Shown here in pieces: positions 19,983-30,410 of a stretch of 64,000 nt of DNA. The DNA is from Candidatus Heimdallarchaeota archaeon (GTDB lineage: Archaea; Asgardarchaeota; Heimdallarchaeia; Heimdallarchaeales; Kariarchaeaceae). The position numbers and the translations under genes were made by a program. The DNA is taken from the NCBI GenBank assembly GCA_030149205.1, contig JASBSB010000001.1, positions 393,142 to 457,141 on the forward strand, in the 5' to 3' direction. Within the stretch, counting starts at the first letter, position 1. Each line of letters starts with the position of its first letter. A model generated the notes under the pieces. The model made no database searches. It worked only from the letters and a program-made list of their open reading frames with translations, and was not told the origin of the DNA.

Positions 19983-20501
19983 TCAAAGTCGTGGGAAAAT
20001 TTTTACCTCGTTATTAACGAATGAAAAAGTATGAAGGTTTGAGAAATCATACTTTCCCTCATAAGTTGATCGGTGAGATTCGTAACGATCATTGGTTATA
20101 ATGAAAAGTTTCTCTGGAATAGCGTGTTCAATTACTGAGTTGTCATCATCTCTTGATGAGTCAGCAAGAATTACCCATCCAATATTGATAAGTCTTTGCA
20201 ATTCATCTTTGTCATCTATATTGTGGATCAGTGCTTCACTGATAATAATCACTGGAAAATATTCATTCTTTTTTAGATAGATACGTATTTTCTTTATCAG
20301 ATGTACTTTTGGTGACCCAAAATAATATGCTACATTGTTACCATCCACCACAATTTTTCTCATTTTGGGTTTATGAATTTGGTTGATCTTAATTTGATTG
20401 AGTTTTCCTGCTTCCATTAACTCAGGATGATATTTGGACAAATGATAGTTCATTTCATGGTTGTCAACAGATCGACCACAGAAATCACATTTGTATTTCA
20501 T
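19983..20501 (-). CDS. zinc-finger + NYN-domain (PIN-like) ribonuclease-like protein
   Basis: N-terminal C2H2-like KCDFCGRSVDNHEMNYHLSKYH. It is followed by KIVVDGNNVAYYFG and downstream acidic residues (IIISEALIHNIDDKDE, ILADSSRDDD), consistent with NYN/PIN nuclease cores. Confidence 0.45.
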   Translation of the reverse strand: MKYKCDFCGRSVDNHEMNYHLSKYHPELMEAGKLNQIKINQIHKPKMRKIVVDGNNVAYYFGSPKVHLIKKIRIYLKKNEYFPVIIISEALIHNIDDKDELQRLINIGWVILADSSRDDDNSVIEHAIPEKLFIITNDRYESHRSTYEGKYDFSNLHTFSFVNNEVKIFPRL

Positions 20502-20579
20502 TGAAATATTTCTCTAAAAATACTTAATGTAATTTGTGTTTTCTTCCCTTTGAATTGATAAATACCTTCTTAATGATGA

Positions 20580-21599
20580 TCAAGTTCCTGATCCTTTGAA
20601 AGCACTTTTTAATTTGTCTTGAAGAGCTTTTTTCATATCTTCCGCAGACATTTCCTCTAGGTTTATCTCTTCCTTTGCCTCTTGTTTGTTGGCTTCTTTA
20701 CCTTTGGTTTTAACACTCTTTAGCCCTTTTAAAGCACTCTGTATAGAATCTTGGGTTATTCCACCACCACCAGAAGAAATTGGGGATGGTTTTTTAATCT
20801 CATCCTCAGGAACGCTTTGAAGACCTTTTAATGCACTTTGAATCGAATCTTGAGTGATCCCACCAGAATTTACTGAAGCAGAGGGAGCACCTTCAGTCGA
20901 TTTGTTCATTTCATCCTGTGGAACTGATTTTAATGCACCCAATGCAGACTGAAGTTCATTGTTATTTGGACTACCACTTAGATTTGGCATTGCAGGACTG
21001 GCGTTTGGTGCCACTCCTCCTAGGTTTGGAGCACCAGGGCTGGAAGAAGGAGTTCCTCCGCCAAGGTTAGGGGTATTTGAACCAGATATAGGTGCCCCTC
21101 CACTGAGGTTAGGGGGTGATACTGGGTTGGAAGGAGGTGAGCTCGCTAGATTAGGTGCAATTGGACTATTTACCGGTGCGCCGCTACTAGCACCAGGAGA
21201 TACGGGGTTAGATACTGCTGCACTACTACCGAGGTTGGTGCTCGTGGGAATTGAAGGTTGGCTTACCTGCATTTGGGGAGTTGCAACTGTTTGTTGTATG
21301 TGTTTTGTATTCACAGTATTTGATGAGGGAGTTGGAATAAACTCGTCCTTAAAGATATTCAGGGAACTTAAATTTAAAGATGTTTGAGGTAACCCCGCTA
21401 ATTCTTCAACAAGATCATCAAACTCCTCTTCTACAAAGGTGAGTTTACTGTTTATACGTTTCAATTTAGGGGTTGTGTCTGCAATAAAATCTGCTATCTT
21501 ACCTCCCAATGTATTAATCTTTAGTGCAACTTTCTTCAGTTGCTTTGTATCCTGAGAAGTTTCTAATATCGTGTCAATGTAATTCTCTAGGTCACTCAT
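20580..21599 (-). CDS. low-complexity protein: helical N-domain, P/S/N/G-rich linker, three C-terminal tandem ~33-aa repeats
   Basis: The linker (…SPPSNPVSPPNLSGGAPISGSNTPNLGGG…) and the repeats GGITQDSIQSALKGLQSVPEDE / ITQDSIQSALKGLKSV / LQSALGALKSVPQDE are visible in the translation. The antisense ORF 20959-21387 is a by-product of this composition. Confidence 0.5.
   Translation of the reverse strand: MSDLENYIDTILETSQDTKQLKKVALKINTLGGKIADFIADTTPKLKRINSKLTFVEEEFDDLVEELAGLPQTSLNLSSLNIFKDEFIPTPSSNTVNTKHIQQTVATPQMQVSQPSIPTSTNLGSSAAVSNPVSPGASSGAPVNSPIAPNLASSPPSNPVSPPNLSGGAPISGSNTPNLGGGTPSSSPGAPNLGGVAPNASPAMPNLSGSPNNNELQSALGALKSVPQDEMNKSTEGAPSASVNSGGITQDSIQSALKGLQSVPEDEIKKPSPISSGGGGITQDSIQSALKGLKSVKTKGKEANKQEAKEEINLEEMSAEDMKKALQDKLKSAFKGSGT
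20700..20960 (-). repeat. three in-frame tandem ~99-nt repeats inside the CDS
   Basis: Nucleotide units such as ttttaaagcactctgtatagaatcttgggttattccaccacc and cttttaatgcactttgaatcgaatcttgagtgatcccaccag recur with ~99-nt period. Confidence 0.55.
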
Positions 21600-21707
21600 T
21601 CTATAGCAAATTTATTTGGACTTCGTTCTATAAAAAAGTACATACATTGATACCTTCAAAGATGAAAAACATTTTTAATTTTCACTTAGAACTAAAATCT
21701 TCTACAA

Positions 21708-22841
21708 ATGCATTTAATAAGAGTATTCTGTAGTGTGATTAACATGATTGATATTCCAAAAACTGAAATTAAAAGAAGATGGACAGCAGTCCAAAAGGCA
21801 ATGGATGACTTTGACGCACTCATCCTACCATTGGGTGTGAACTTTCAATACTTTTTTGGAAAACCCGGTATGCCTTCTGAAAGAATTATACTTGGGATAA
21901 TCCCCAAATCAAAAGACCCCTTCATATTGGCGCCAAGCTTTGAAATATCAAACTTTGAAGCTGCAACGCAAATTGATGATATTGTAGGATGGGAAGAAAC
22001 GGAATCTCCATACAAAATTTTTGAGCAGGAGCTCAATGATAGGGAGATAGGGACAAACATAGGAGTTGATCCGAAACTCTGGATTGTTGAATATGAAAGA
22101 TTGTCAAATACAAGCAAAAGACACAATTTCACAAGTGCTGGGAACCTCATAGACAGTATTCGAGAGGTTAAATCTAGTTGGGAGATTGAACAATTGTCAT
22201 TAGCTTCCCAATATTCATCAGAAGGTATCTTAACCGCATTTGATAGATTCTATGATGGAATGATGGAAATAGAGGCAGTTCCCATACTTGCTGAGGAGCT
22301 TGGTAATTTATCAGGCAATCCTCTTAGCTTTGCCTTAGTACAATTCGGTGAAAACTCCGCCCTACCACATGGGTCGCCATCTCGAAAAAAATTGGGGTCA
22401 AATGATGTTGTTTTGTTAGATGTGGGTACCTCAGTAAATGGTTATCAAGGCGATATCACGATTACTCTCCACATGGGAAAGCCCAATCAAAAATTTTTGG
22501 AAGTATATGAAACTGTGTTTGAGGCAAATAGAGCCGCATTTTCAAAAGAACTAGAGGGTATAAGCGGAGGTTCTCTTGATGAAGTTGCAAGAAAGCATAT
22601 TGTCGACGCAGGATATGGCAAATACTTTACACATAGACTCGGGCATGGGATAGGGCTTGAAGTTCATGAAAAACCTTATCTTGTGGGAACGAACAGCAGT
22701 CCGATGAAGATAAATCAAACACACACAATCGAACCAGGGATCTATTTACCTGGAGAATTTGGGGTGAGGATTGAAGATGATGTTGTCCTCCAAGAAAAAG
22801 GTGCAAGAAGACTTTACAATACATCAAGACACAATTGGTAG
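21708..22841 (+). CDS. M24 family Xaa-Pro aminopeptidase/prolidase-like peptidase
   Basis: Creatinase/prolidase N-domain followed by a pita-bread domain with HRLGHGIGLEVHE and GVRIEDDVV metal-ligand motifs. The true start is possibly the internal Met at about 21744. Confidence 0.75.
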   Translation: MHLIRVFCSVINMIDIPKTEIKRRWTAVQKAMDDFDALILPLGVNFQYFFGKPGMPSERIILGIIPKSKDPFILAPSFEISNFEAATQIDDIVGWEETESPYKIFEQELNDREIGTNIGVDPKLWIVEYERLSNTSKRHNFTSAGNLIDSIREVKSSWEIEQLSLASQYSSEGILTAFDRFYDGMMEIEAVPILAEELGNLSGNPLSFALVQFGENSALPHGSPSRKKLGSNDVVLLDVGTSVNGYQGDITITLHMGKPNQKFLEVYETVFEANRAAFSKELEGISGGSLDEVARKHIVDAGYGKYFTHRLGHGIGLEVHEKPYLVGTNSSPMKINQTHTIEPGIYLPGEFGVRIEDDVVLQEKGARRLYNTSRHNW

Positions 22842-23987
22842 TTAAACAGAGAGTAATACATCAAAACTAATTAGTTGAATAATCACAATACATACTCCTT
22901 CGAAAAGATCTAGTTTTAAATCATCCTTCATCAACATGTTCACAAATAAAAGGATAGCACCTGACATAACTATCTGAACAATGGCAAAGGTATCAAAATA
23001 GATATGACCACCCATAGTGTAAACAATAATAGTTACTAATCCAATCATAAATAGAATAACAGCAGAAATTGATGAAAGTACACTTCCGAATATCAGTTCT
23101 GGATCATCACGGGCATTGTATGCAACTGCCCATTCGGGTAATGACCCTAACAGACCAATAGCTAAAGCTATAATACTAAGACTGAGATGAAAACCACTTA
23201 CCTCAGCTTCATGAATTAACATTTCTGCACCCGAAGCTAATAGTTCACCAGCAAAAACAATTCCGACAATGCCGAAAATCAAAAACTTAGCTATGTTTTG
23301 ATTTGAAAAAGCGGGATGGCTCTTAACTAATTTTTTTTGTTCCTCAGACAGTGGGGGGTTGATCTCTTTATCAGTTGCGACGAAAACAATATAAAATACG
23401 TAAATTAATACTGTACCAACTGAAAACAACACTGGTATCTCCACACCCTGATGTAGGATCCCTAATCTGATATTCTCTGCAAAATTGAACACAAAGAGAA
23501 AAATAGAAGTAATGAATGCGATCATCATTAATTCTGATTCATACCTGAGAGTTGTTAGGGGAACTTTAATTGATCCTTTTTTAAGAGTCTTAATAATAAT
23601 TACTATTCCAAATAGAAGAGTATTAGCCCCAGTCACAACCAAAACAGAAAGTATGGCTAATTCCGTGTTTCCACCAATAATCAACAGCAATGCGAGAACT
23701 AATTCGGGTAGATTTGCCATAATTGAGCCTATCACACCTGCTGCATATGTACCCACCCCTATTCTTTTTGCAAGTAGGGTTAAACCTTCCACAGCCCATT
23801 CACTTGGTTTAATAATTGCCCAGAGAGCAATCCCAAAACCTGTAATTGCGATTATGATTGGACGAATACCTAAATGTCCAGGGGTAAGCCTTACAATAAA
23901 ATAGGCAACAATTGCAATTGCAGCAACAAATAATTCAATTTTTCCCAGATGAAGGGAGGTTGGATATTCACTATCATCCATACTCAA
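22842..23987 (-). CDS. CaCA-family cation/Ca2+ exchanger (YrbG-like)
   Basis: About 10 TM helices. Two alpha-repeat-like motifs, GSIMANLPELVLAL and GLLGSLPEWAVAY, resembling G(S/T)S.PE. Confidence 0.55.
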   Translation of the reverse strand: MSMDDSEYPTSLHLGKIELFVAAIAIVAYFIVRLTPGHLGIRPIIIAITGFGIALWAIIKPSEWAVEGLTLLAKRIGVGTYAAGVIGSIMANLPELVLALLLIIGGNTELAILSVLVVTGANTLLFGIVIIIKTLKKGSIKVPLTTLRYESELMMIAFITSIFLFVFNFAENIRLGILHQGVEIPVLFSVGTVLIYVFYIVFVATDKEINPPLSEEQKKLVKSHPAFSNQNIAKFLIFGIVGIVFAGELLASGAEMLIHEAEVSGFHLSLSIIALAIGLLGSLPEWAVAYNARDDPELIFGSVLSSISAVILFMIGLVTIIVYTMGGHIYFDTFAIVQIVMSGAILLFVNMLMKDDLKLDLFEGVCIVIIQLISFDVLLSV

Positions 23988-24082
23988 GCAACTTTATTGT
24001 ATTCAAAGAGTTTTCGAGAGAATATTAAATGAAAGCAACAAATAATATATAGGTGAAAGGAAGAAGTAGTTAGAAATTAAAG

Positions 24083-25690
24083 ATGAGATACCAAAGAATT
24101 CAGGTTGTATTAGTATTTTTCACGGTACTGGCACTCATGTTTTATGATGAATCCTTGATACGAATAATTTATGATATTACTAATGTTTCATTGATTTTTT
24201 ATGTAATATGTGGGAATTATTTCCTTATTGAGCGCTTGACCAGACAAAGATTGCAACCCGTGCTCATTTCCCAAATATTAATGATTCTTCTAGGTCAACT
24301 TTCGCTTGGATTTTTGACGGTCACAGGTGTTCAACTCTTCTACAAAATATCTCCTTTTCTTACGACAGTTATTGAGCTTGTGGTATTGTTTTTTATAACC
24401 TATGAAATAGTCATTCAGTTTACAAAAAGAAATCTGATAAATAAGTCCAGCTTACTATTTTTCAACAAACCACACTATAGCCTTAAGAAAATGCACCTCA
24501 CCATCTCTGGCCTGTTCCTCTTTATTTTATTGTTCTATGTAGGTAGCTCAGTCAATGATATTAGGGAAATTCTTGTGCTAATGGGAATCTTTGTGGCTGT
24601 AAACTTACTCTCTTATAGAATATTATTCTCTTATTTTTGGTCAAATCAAGATGGAGTTGCTATCCCGAAAATTTTCACAGGAAATTCAACTGAGAGTTTC
24701 CTGGCTGTAATTAAATCAGCTGGGTTACACTGTTTAGAAAATTCCTCAATGGTAGACTCTCTACAATGTCTAGACAAGTTGACCATCAAAATTAAAGAAC
24801 AACTCAACATTCCAAAAAATTACCAAGAAAACACTCAAGAATTCACCTACAAGGAACTCTTCCAGATGTTTGAATCAGCAAAGAACTTTGAATTGACAGC
24901 AGACACATTTTGGAACCTTTTATCAGAAAAGCAACTATTCATTCTGTTAAATTATCAAAGAGCTCAATCCCTAAGAATTATTTCTGAACTAAATTACCTA
25001 TTAAGGTTGTGGGGAGAAAAAAATATGGTTGGAGTCAGTTTATTAAAATCATTGTTAATATACAGATTACATAAATGGAAGCTCTATGGGAGGTTACCAC
25101 CATATCTACATACCTTACTTATTGAATCAATTCTAACATTATCTTTGCTTAAAGACTCATCTTCGGAGTTAACTAACATGATTGAATATGAAATTCAACA
25201 CAGAAAGCAAGGTTTTAGGAGGCTAATTCTATTGTCAAAAGGACCTTATTCGAGATATAATCAACTTATTGAACCAATTTATTTTAATTATCTTTGCTTT
25301 TATGGAGAAAAAGGAGCACGATACCTAAACCATTTATGCACTCAAGACACACCAAATACGAGTATAATAGGCTCAAAAGCCCACCAAAGGTTAGATAACT
25401 ATTTTGATAATATGGTCAAGATATACATCGGTTCTGAAAGCAGGAAAATATTGGGAGAAGCACCAAATTTCCCATTAGTAGAATTTGAAGGTTATATTTT
25501 TAACATAGAAGAACCAATTACACCTGAGAAAATTAGATCCTTCAGAGATGATTTCACTCACCTTATTATAAAAGAAAAAAAGCATATAGCTTCAAAACCA
25601 AATTGGGTAAAGGATTTAAATGACAAATCAAAGATAATGACAAAGGAACAAAAAAAACTTTACTTAGAAAAATGGTTGAAAACAGAATAA
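24083..25690 (+). CDS. hypothetical protein, N-terminal multi-TM domain + ~300-aa soluble domain
   Basis: Long intact ORF. Six hydrophobic helices in the first ~200 aa. No recognisable motif. It ends 4 nt before the tRNA-Ala 3' end. Confidence 0.45.
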   Translation: MRYQRIQVVLVFFTVLALMFYDESLIRIIYDITNVSLIFYVICGNYFLIERLTRQRLQPVLISQILMILLGQLSLGFLTVTGVQLFYKISPFLTTVIELVVLFFITYEIVIQFTKRNLINKSSLLFFNKPHYSLKKMHLTISGLFLFILLFYVGSSVNDIREILVLMGIFVAVNLLSYRILFSYFWSNQDGVAIPKIFTGNSTESFLAVIKSAGLHCLENSSMVDSLQCLDKLTIKIKEQLNIPKNYQENTQEFTYKELFQMFESAKNFELTADTFWNLLSEKQLFILLNYQRAQSLRIISELNYLLRLWGEKNMVGVSLLKSLLIYRLHKWKLYGRLPPYLHTLLIESILTLSLLKDSSSELTNMIEYEIQHRKQGFRRLILLSKGPYSRYNQLIEPIYFNYLCFYGEKGARYLNHLCTQDTPNTSIIGSKAHQRLDNYFDNMVKIYIGSESRKILGEAPNFPLVEFEGYIFNIEEPITPEKIRSFRDDFTHLIIKEKKHIASKPNWVKDLNDKSKIMTKEQKKLYLEKWLKTE

Positions 25691-25693
25691 TAA

Positions 25694-25790
25694 TGGACGG
25701 TTGGGGAATTTCATCTGGTTTTAACCAAATTTTGAACCCCAGGCCTCTTCCACGCCAAGGAAGCGATCTACCGGTCTGATCTAACCGCCC
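25694..25790 (-). tRNA. tRNA-Ala (anticodon GGC) with ~23-nt insertion (putative intron) in the T-loop
   Basis: Acceptor GGGCGGT/ACCGTCC (G3-U70), D-arm GATC-AGACCGGTA-GATC, anticodon arm CTTCC-TTGGCGT-GGAAG, T-stem TGGGG/CCCCA. T-loop is 30 nt (TTCAAAATTTGGTTAAAACCAGATGAAATT). Confidence 0.75.
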
Positions 25791-26269
25791 AAATAAGTAT
25801 TCTCATCTCAATTTCTGTTTATTTATTATTTCCGAAAGATAACATCAATATTCTATGTTGTGAAACTATCTAATTTTTTATTTTTGTTGTTCGATCTTTG
25901 CTATAGTTGTTGAGTAGTGAAATTTACTAAATTTGTTGCTCAATTTTTTTTTGTTAGAGATAAATTTTGAGTAACCTTAGCCATTTAATATATAATAATT
26001 TTAAATTTTAATCCTGTTGAATCTGGTCATCAAACATTTCAATAATTTTATAATTTTGTTAGACTAATACTTAAGTAAAATACAAAATGCGATTTTGACA
26101 AAAAGAGTTCAATTTGCCTTAAATCAATGTTGTTATAACCAAATTTCTATGTTGAAACATAAAGTGAATTGCTTTAAGAGTAAACAAGCCCTATTATGTC
26201 GAAATAAATTTATAATCAGATAATAACTCATTCAAATTTATTCATCCATCAATATTCTGGAAATAAAAT

Positions 26270-26881
26270 TTAAATTTTAACAGTTTCTATACAAACTATA
26301 ATTTTTTCGAACTCTTTGTAAATTTTATGACTTGAAGTTACAAATTCTAATAGTTCCTTGGATTTTTGTTCTAATTGAAATTCTGACGGATTGCCTTGAG
26401 CAAGGTGAAAATAATCTGTAACTAATTCATTAGCAGACGTAGTAGTTTGCTCTACAGCATCAATGACTGATGTTATCTTCCCAAGGCTAATTTTGCTGTA
26501 ATTTTTAATTCTGTCCATAAAAAGGTTAAACTTAAACCTATACTCATTAATCTTGGTATTAGCATTCAAATACTCTCTTTTAGACATTTTCATATTTTCC
26601 ACTACAAAATTTGATAACACCAGCTCATGGAATTGTGAAATTAACTTATACACCTCTATTAGCAAATCATTTTTTATTTCTTTTTCAGATTTTATTAATT
26701 GGAAATTTGAAATACCTAATTTTGCAAATTCCCATGTTAGATATATCAATAAAATATTGATATATAACCTCAATAAAAGTTCAATCATCATTCTATCAAG
26801 TATTTTCCAAATATAATAATCTAGTAAGATTGGGGTTATTGTAAAAATACTAAATACAGCAAAATACAATTTACTTTTCAT
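26270..26881 (-). CDS. hypothetical membrane-anchored coiled-coil protein (203 aa)
   Basis: Two N-terminal TM helices, then a helical K/E-rich region. Lies in an AT-rich low-density region. Confidence 0.35.
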   Translation of the reverse strand: MKSKLYFAVFSIFTITPILLDYYIWKILDRMMIELLLRLYINILLIYLTWEFAKLGISNFQLIKSEKEIKNDLLIEVYKLISQFHELVLSNFVVENMKMSKREYLNANTKINEYRFKFNLFMDRIKNYSKISLGKITSVIDAVEQTTTSANELVTDYFHLAQGNPSEFQLEQKSKELLEFVTSSHKIYKEFEKIIVCIETVKI

Positions 26882-27271
26882 AATTTAATTTTTTTTTATT
26901 AAGCTTATAAACTTACATTGTTAAAAAAAAATTGCTCTACCCGATCATTCGTAATTGAATTAATAATGTTTACATTTTTATATTATTATTCAGCAATTAC
27001 AAAGGAAAATTAATTTAGCTCTTGATTTTATCCTCTTTTCCTCTGTTTATAATACCCTTCAATTAATGGAGGGTTAACTAGAATTGTAAAACTCATACTA
27101 AGGTATAGGTCAAATCTATATCTAAAACAATTTATGTTGCGTTCATCGAAACTCAAAAATTATATTAATCAACCTTTAAAATATAAATTTTAGTTTAAAT
27201 TGAAAGAAGAGACTACATCAATGAAGGGCAACAACATCGTTAATATCCAGACATAAATTATTATCTGCATT

Positions 27272-28219
27272 TTATATCAAACTTTTACATTTATTTCCAA
27301 ATTTCTTTTTATTAAATTCCAAATAACCCCTCGTTTCTGGTTCTTCTAAAGATAATTTTGTTGTCGCTAAAACTTTAACTTGACTTGGTATTTTTGGAAT
27401 TCTGTAATCTATACCTTCAATCTTATCAATGTTAAATTTAGTTCCGGTACTAGTAATTTCTAAGAAATTCTTAAAACTATCGCTATCAAAAATATTTACT
27501 AACTGTTCAAAAAGCTCAGGAAAATTAATTTGTTTATTTAGTTTCTGAATTTTTATTCCAGCTCCTATTAAGGAAGATCTTTGGATACTTGGTTTATTAA
27601 TAGCTACTTCAAGTTGATTTCTAGCTTTAATTAGTTGAACTAATTCATCAGGAATAGATGTGAAAAACAAACGATCTATTCCAATATTTAAATCGAACAC
27701 TACATCATCCACTTCAAATTTCGAATAAGTTTGTTCCATTAACTTTACATCACGAATAGAACACATTAACCAATGTGATTCTATTTGATCGTTGGTTTTA
27801 TCTTTATCAATTGAACTCTGAACTTTAACTAATTCATCCAAGTATGTTGGAGATAATTTTTGACCAAAAGTAATACGGTATTTGCTTGCTTCTGGTATCA
27901 TTGAAACTGGAAATTCCCAAGTTTCATTTTTATCAATCCATTGATTATTATCTATGTCCTTAAAATTACCTGCTTCTAGTTTTGGTTTGACTGAAAAAAT
28001 ATCTTTCGACACAGCTAGTGTCCTTCCTTTGATTGTTGAATCATAAATAGGCCCCTCTAGTAAGTATGAGTAAATTGCTTGTTGATTTTTGTAATTAATT
28101 TGCATTGATTTGGCTTGTGGGTCTAATTTTTTTAAGTCATTCTGGAATTTTGGGGGAAGAGAGCTTAACCTTTTAGCTTCATCCCTAGCTTCCTTCCTTT
28201 TTTGTTGTCTACTTTTCAT
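27272..28219 (-). CDS. hypothetical protein (315 aa), third gene of the methyltransferase-led cassette
   Basis: Its ATG directly abuts the TAA stop of the upstream 359-aa gene (stop 28222-28220, start 28219-28217), suggesting translational coupling. Basic N-terminus. No recognised motif. Confidence 0.5.
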   Translation of the reverse strand: MKSRQQKRKEARDEAKRLSSLPPKFQNDLKKLDPQAKSMQINYKNQQAIYSYLLEGPIYDSTIKGRTLAVSKDIFSVKPKLEAGNFKDIDNNQWIDKNETWEFPVSMIPEASKYRITFGQKLSPTYLDELVKVQSSIDKDKTNDQIESHWLMCSIRDVKLMEQTYSKFEVDDVVFDLNIGIDRLFFTSIPDELVQLIKARNQLEVAINKPSIQRSSLIGAGIKIQKLNKQINFPELFEQLVNIFDSDSFKNFLEITSTGTKFNIDKIEGIDYRIPKIPSQVKVLATTKLSLEEPETRGYLEFNKKKFGNKCKSLI

Positions 28220-29299
28220 TTAAATTCCTCTTATATTCATTATCAGATCTTTATCTTCGAATTTGGGATTTTTAACCAAAAATTTTACCATCCCCGTTTT
28301 GTTTCTTCGATTATCTTGGACATCAACTGCAAACTCAATTGGCTCATACACATTTCCAAGGAGATCTTTATAGGTGAATTCGTAAATTAATTTATTAAGT
28401 GGGGTTTCCAGATCATTAGGTATAGTTGCGTAGGTTTCTCGAAGTGAAATGCGATCTGTGGGGTTTGTACTTGTGATTTCATTCATTACATTTGCTAACA
28501 TAACTCCTAACCTTTTGAGAAATTCACTTGATGGGATGTTAGCTATCCATTTATTAATCGTTATTTTCATTAATTCTTCATTTTCATCTTTAAATTTATT
28601 TCCAACCGCTATTTCGCCTATCTTTTTTGATACTCTTTTAAGGGTTTCTTCAAAATCTACTAACCGAGCACCGGAAATATCTTTTTCGTCTAATTTGTCA
28701 TCATTAGATTTACTTTGAAAATACCCTAAGTTATACATCTCTCTTATTAACGATTCTTCAACAGAATATGATTTGGAGATCAGTTGGCCAAGATGTGTTT
28801 TGACCTTGATTTCAGGTTTAACATCACCAAATCCACTATACTGCATTATAACAAAGAAATCAATTAGTGTATTGCTCTCTTCAAGAATTATTTTTTTTGT
28901 ATTATCTAATAATTTAATCTTAGGTCTAAATATTTGGATTAAAAATTTTCTGCTGTCAATAATTTTACTCCTATTAATTACCACAACCTCGAGGTATCTC
29001 TGATTTGCGAGATCCTCTGGAAGTTTAATAAATTTTAATTCTAAGCCAAAATAAATTGAATCAAGAAGAGAACTTGTAATACAATTTTTTTTTTCAATGG
29101 TATAATAACCTTCTGGGTCGATTGATTTAAGTAGGTCTTTGATTTCGTCAAATTCTAAATTCCAAAAATCTACTAATTCCAGATCCTCATCTAATTTAAT
29201 TTTTATGCTTTCTATATTTTTTGAATTTACCATTATACCAATAGGTATTTGTTCCTTTGGCAAACACCATTTTGGTATATTTACGAATTTTATACTCAA
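28220..29299 (-). CDS. hypothetical protein (359 aa), second gene of the methyltransferase-led cassette; candidate restriction/effector component
   Basis: Same strand, 125 nt downstream of the DNA methyltransferase gene. K/I/N-rich composition typical of the surrounding AT-rich island. No recognisable motif. Confidence 0.5.
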   Translation of the reverse strand: MSIKFVNIPKWCLPKEQIPIGIMVNSKNIESIKIKLDEDLELVDFWNLEFDEIKDLLKSIDPEGYYTIEKKNCITSSLLDSIYFGLELKFIKLPEDLANQRYLEVVVINRSKIIDSRKFLIQIFRPKIKLLDNTKKIILEESNTLIDFFVIMQYSGFGDVKPEIKVKTHLGQLISKSYSVEESLIREMYNLGYFQSKSNDDKLDEKDISGARLVDFEETLKRVSKKIGEIAVGNKFKDENEELMKITINKWIANIPSSEFLKRLGVMLANVMNEITSTNPTDRISLRETYATIPNDLETPLNKLIYEFTYKDLLGNVYEPIEFAVDVQDNRRNKTGMVKFLVKNPKFEDKDLIMNIRGI

Positions 29300-29424
29300 T
29301 CAAGTTTAGAACAATTAACTATTATAAGAATATTATCGACATTATTAAGACCAGAGTTAAAAACTTTATAACAGTCACAATTAAGGATATATGAAATGGT
29401 ATCTTTGATAAATTTTCCCAATTT

Positions 29425-30318
29425 TTATCCATATTTTCTATTTAGCAAATATAGCTCAGTTCTGTCATTTGCAAGGTCAACATAGTCTCTGTTGAGCTCA
29501 AATCCTAGAAATTTTCTGTTGGTTTTTAATGCCACTAAACCGGTGGTTCCACTTCCCATAAAAGGATCGAAAATCACATCTCCTTCAAAGGAATACAATT
29601 GAATACACCTGTAGACTAACTCTTCGGGAAACGGTGCAGGATGTCCTATCTTTTTAGCAGACACGGTATTAAATCTCCAGATTGACTTAGTGTACTCCAT
29701 AAATTCTGTTTTGCTTATAGTATCGTTCCTTTCCCCCTTGTGTCTCTTTAACGTACCTTTGGAAAAGACCAACAAGTATTCATGAACATCTCTTAAAACC
29801 GGGTTTGAAGAGCTCTTCCAGGATCCCCATGCACACGAGCTTCCAGCACTTGCCCCCTTATCCCAGATTATCTCACCCCTCTGAACAAATCCAATTTCTC
29901 GGAATATATGGGACACATAATCCGTAATTGGAATGTAGGGTTTTCTCCCTATGTTTGCAAGGTTAATAACAATCCTTCCTCCATCGACCAATTTTGGGAA
30001 AATTGATTCGAACACCTCTTTAATGAGACTAAGATACTCATGTAGTGTCAAATCGTCATCATACAGCTTCCTGCTATTATAGGGAGGAGAAGTTACAACC
30101 AGATGTATTGAACTGTCGGGAATCTCACTGAGATCTCTACTGTCAGATTGATGTGTTTTATTAATCATATCGGGGGGAATTGTATTTTGAATATTGTCTG
30201 ATGAATCTGTCCTAACTTTTTCTATATGTTCATACATAAGAGAATCATAAAAATAACTGCTGTCATGGCTTTCTCTCTTACTGGAGCCGAATTCACTGGT
30301 TTTAGTTCCCCTTGACAA
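29425..30318 (-). CDS. beta-class DNA (N4-cytosine or N6-adenine) methyltransferase
   Basis: Motif IV LVVTSPPYNSRK (SPPY) precedes motif I VIFDPFMGSGTTG. This is the beta-group order of amino-MTases. SPPY is most often seen in m4C/m6A enzymes of RM systems. Confidence 0.8.
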   Translation of the reverse strand: MSRGTKTSEFGSSKRESHDSSYFYDSLMYEHIEKVRTDSSDNIQNTIPPDMINKTHQSDSRDLSEIPDSSIHLVVTSPPYNSRKLYDDDLTLHEYLSLIKEVFESIFPKLVDGGRIVINLANIGRKPYIPITDYVSHIFREIGFVQRGEIIWDKGASAGSSCAWGSWKSSSNPVLRDVHEYLLVFSKGTLKRHKGERNDTISKTEFMEYTKSIWRFNTVSAKKIGHPAPFPEELVYRCIQLYSFEGDVIFDPFMGSGTTGLVALKTNRKFLGFELNRDYVDLANDRTELYLLNRKYG

Positions 30319-30410
30319 CTGTTAATCCTCTCATCGATTAAGTCTTGCTCAAAATGTAAATGATTACATTTTCTAGCACATAGCAAATTGTTTATCTTGA
30401 AACCATATAA

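Noticed and set aside
20959-21387. 142-aa plus-strand ORF rich in G/A/P/L antisense to the repeat protein
   Set aside because: It is a product of the GC-richer, repetitive P/S/G-coding stretch of the minus-strand gene. No start context. It overlaps a better-supported CDS.
25694-25790. tRNA-Ala(GGC) as an attachment site with the island inserted at its 3' end
   Set aside because: The 3' end of this tRNA faces the conserved-looking 535-aa gene only 4 nt away. The AT-rich cassette is on the 5' side, which is not the usual geometry for tRNA-targeting integrases. No integrase or obvious direct repeat of the tRNA 3' half was seen. Island acquisition is still proposed, but not by classical tRNA-att integration.
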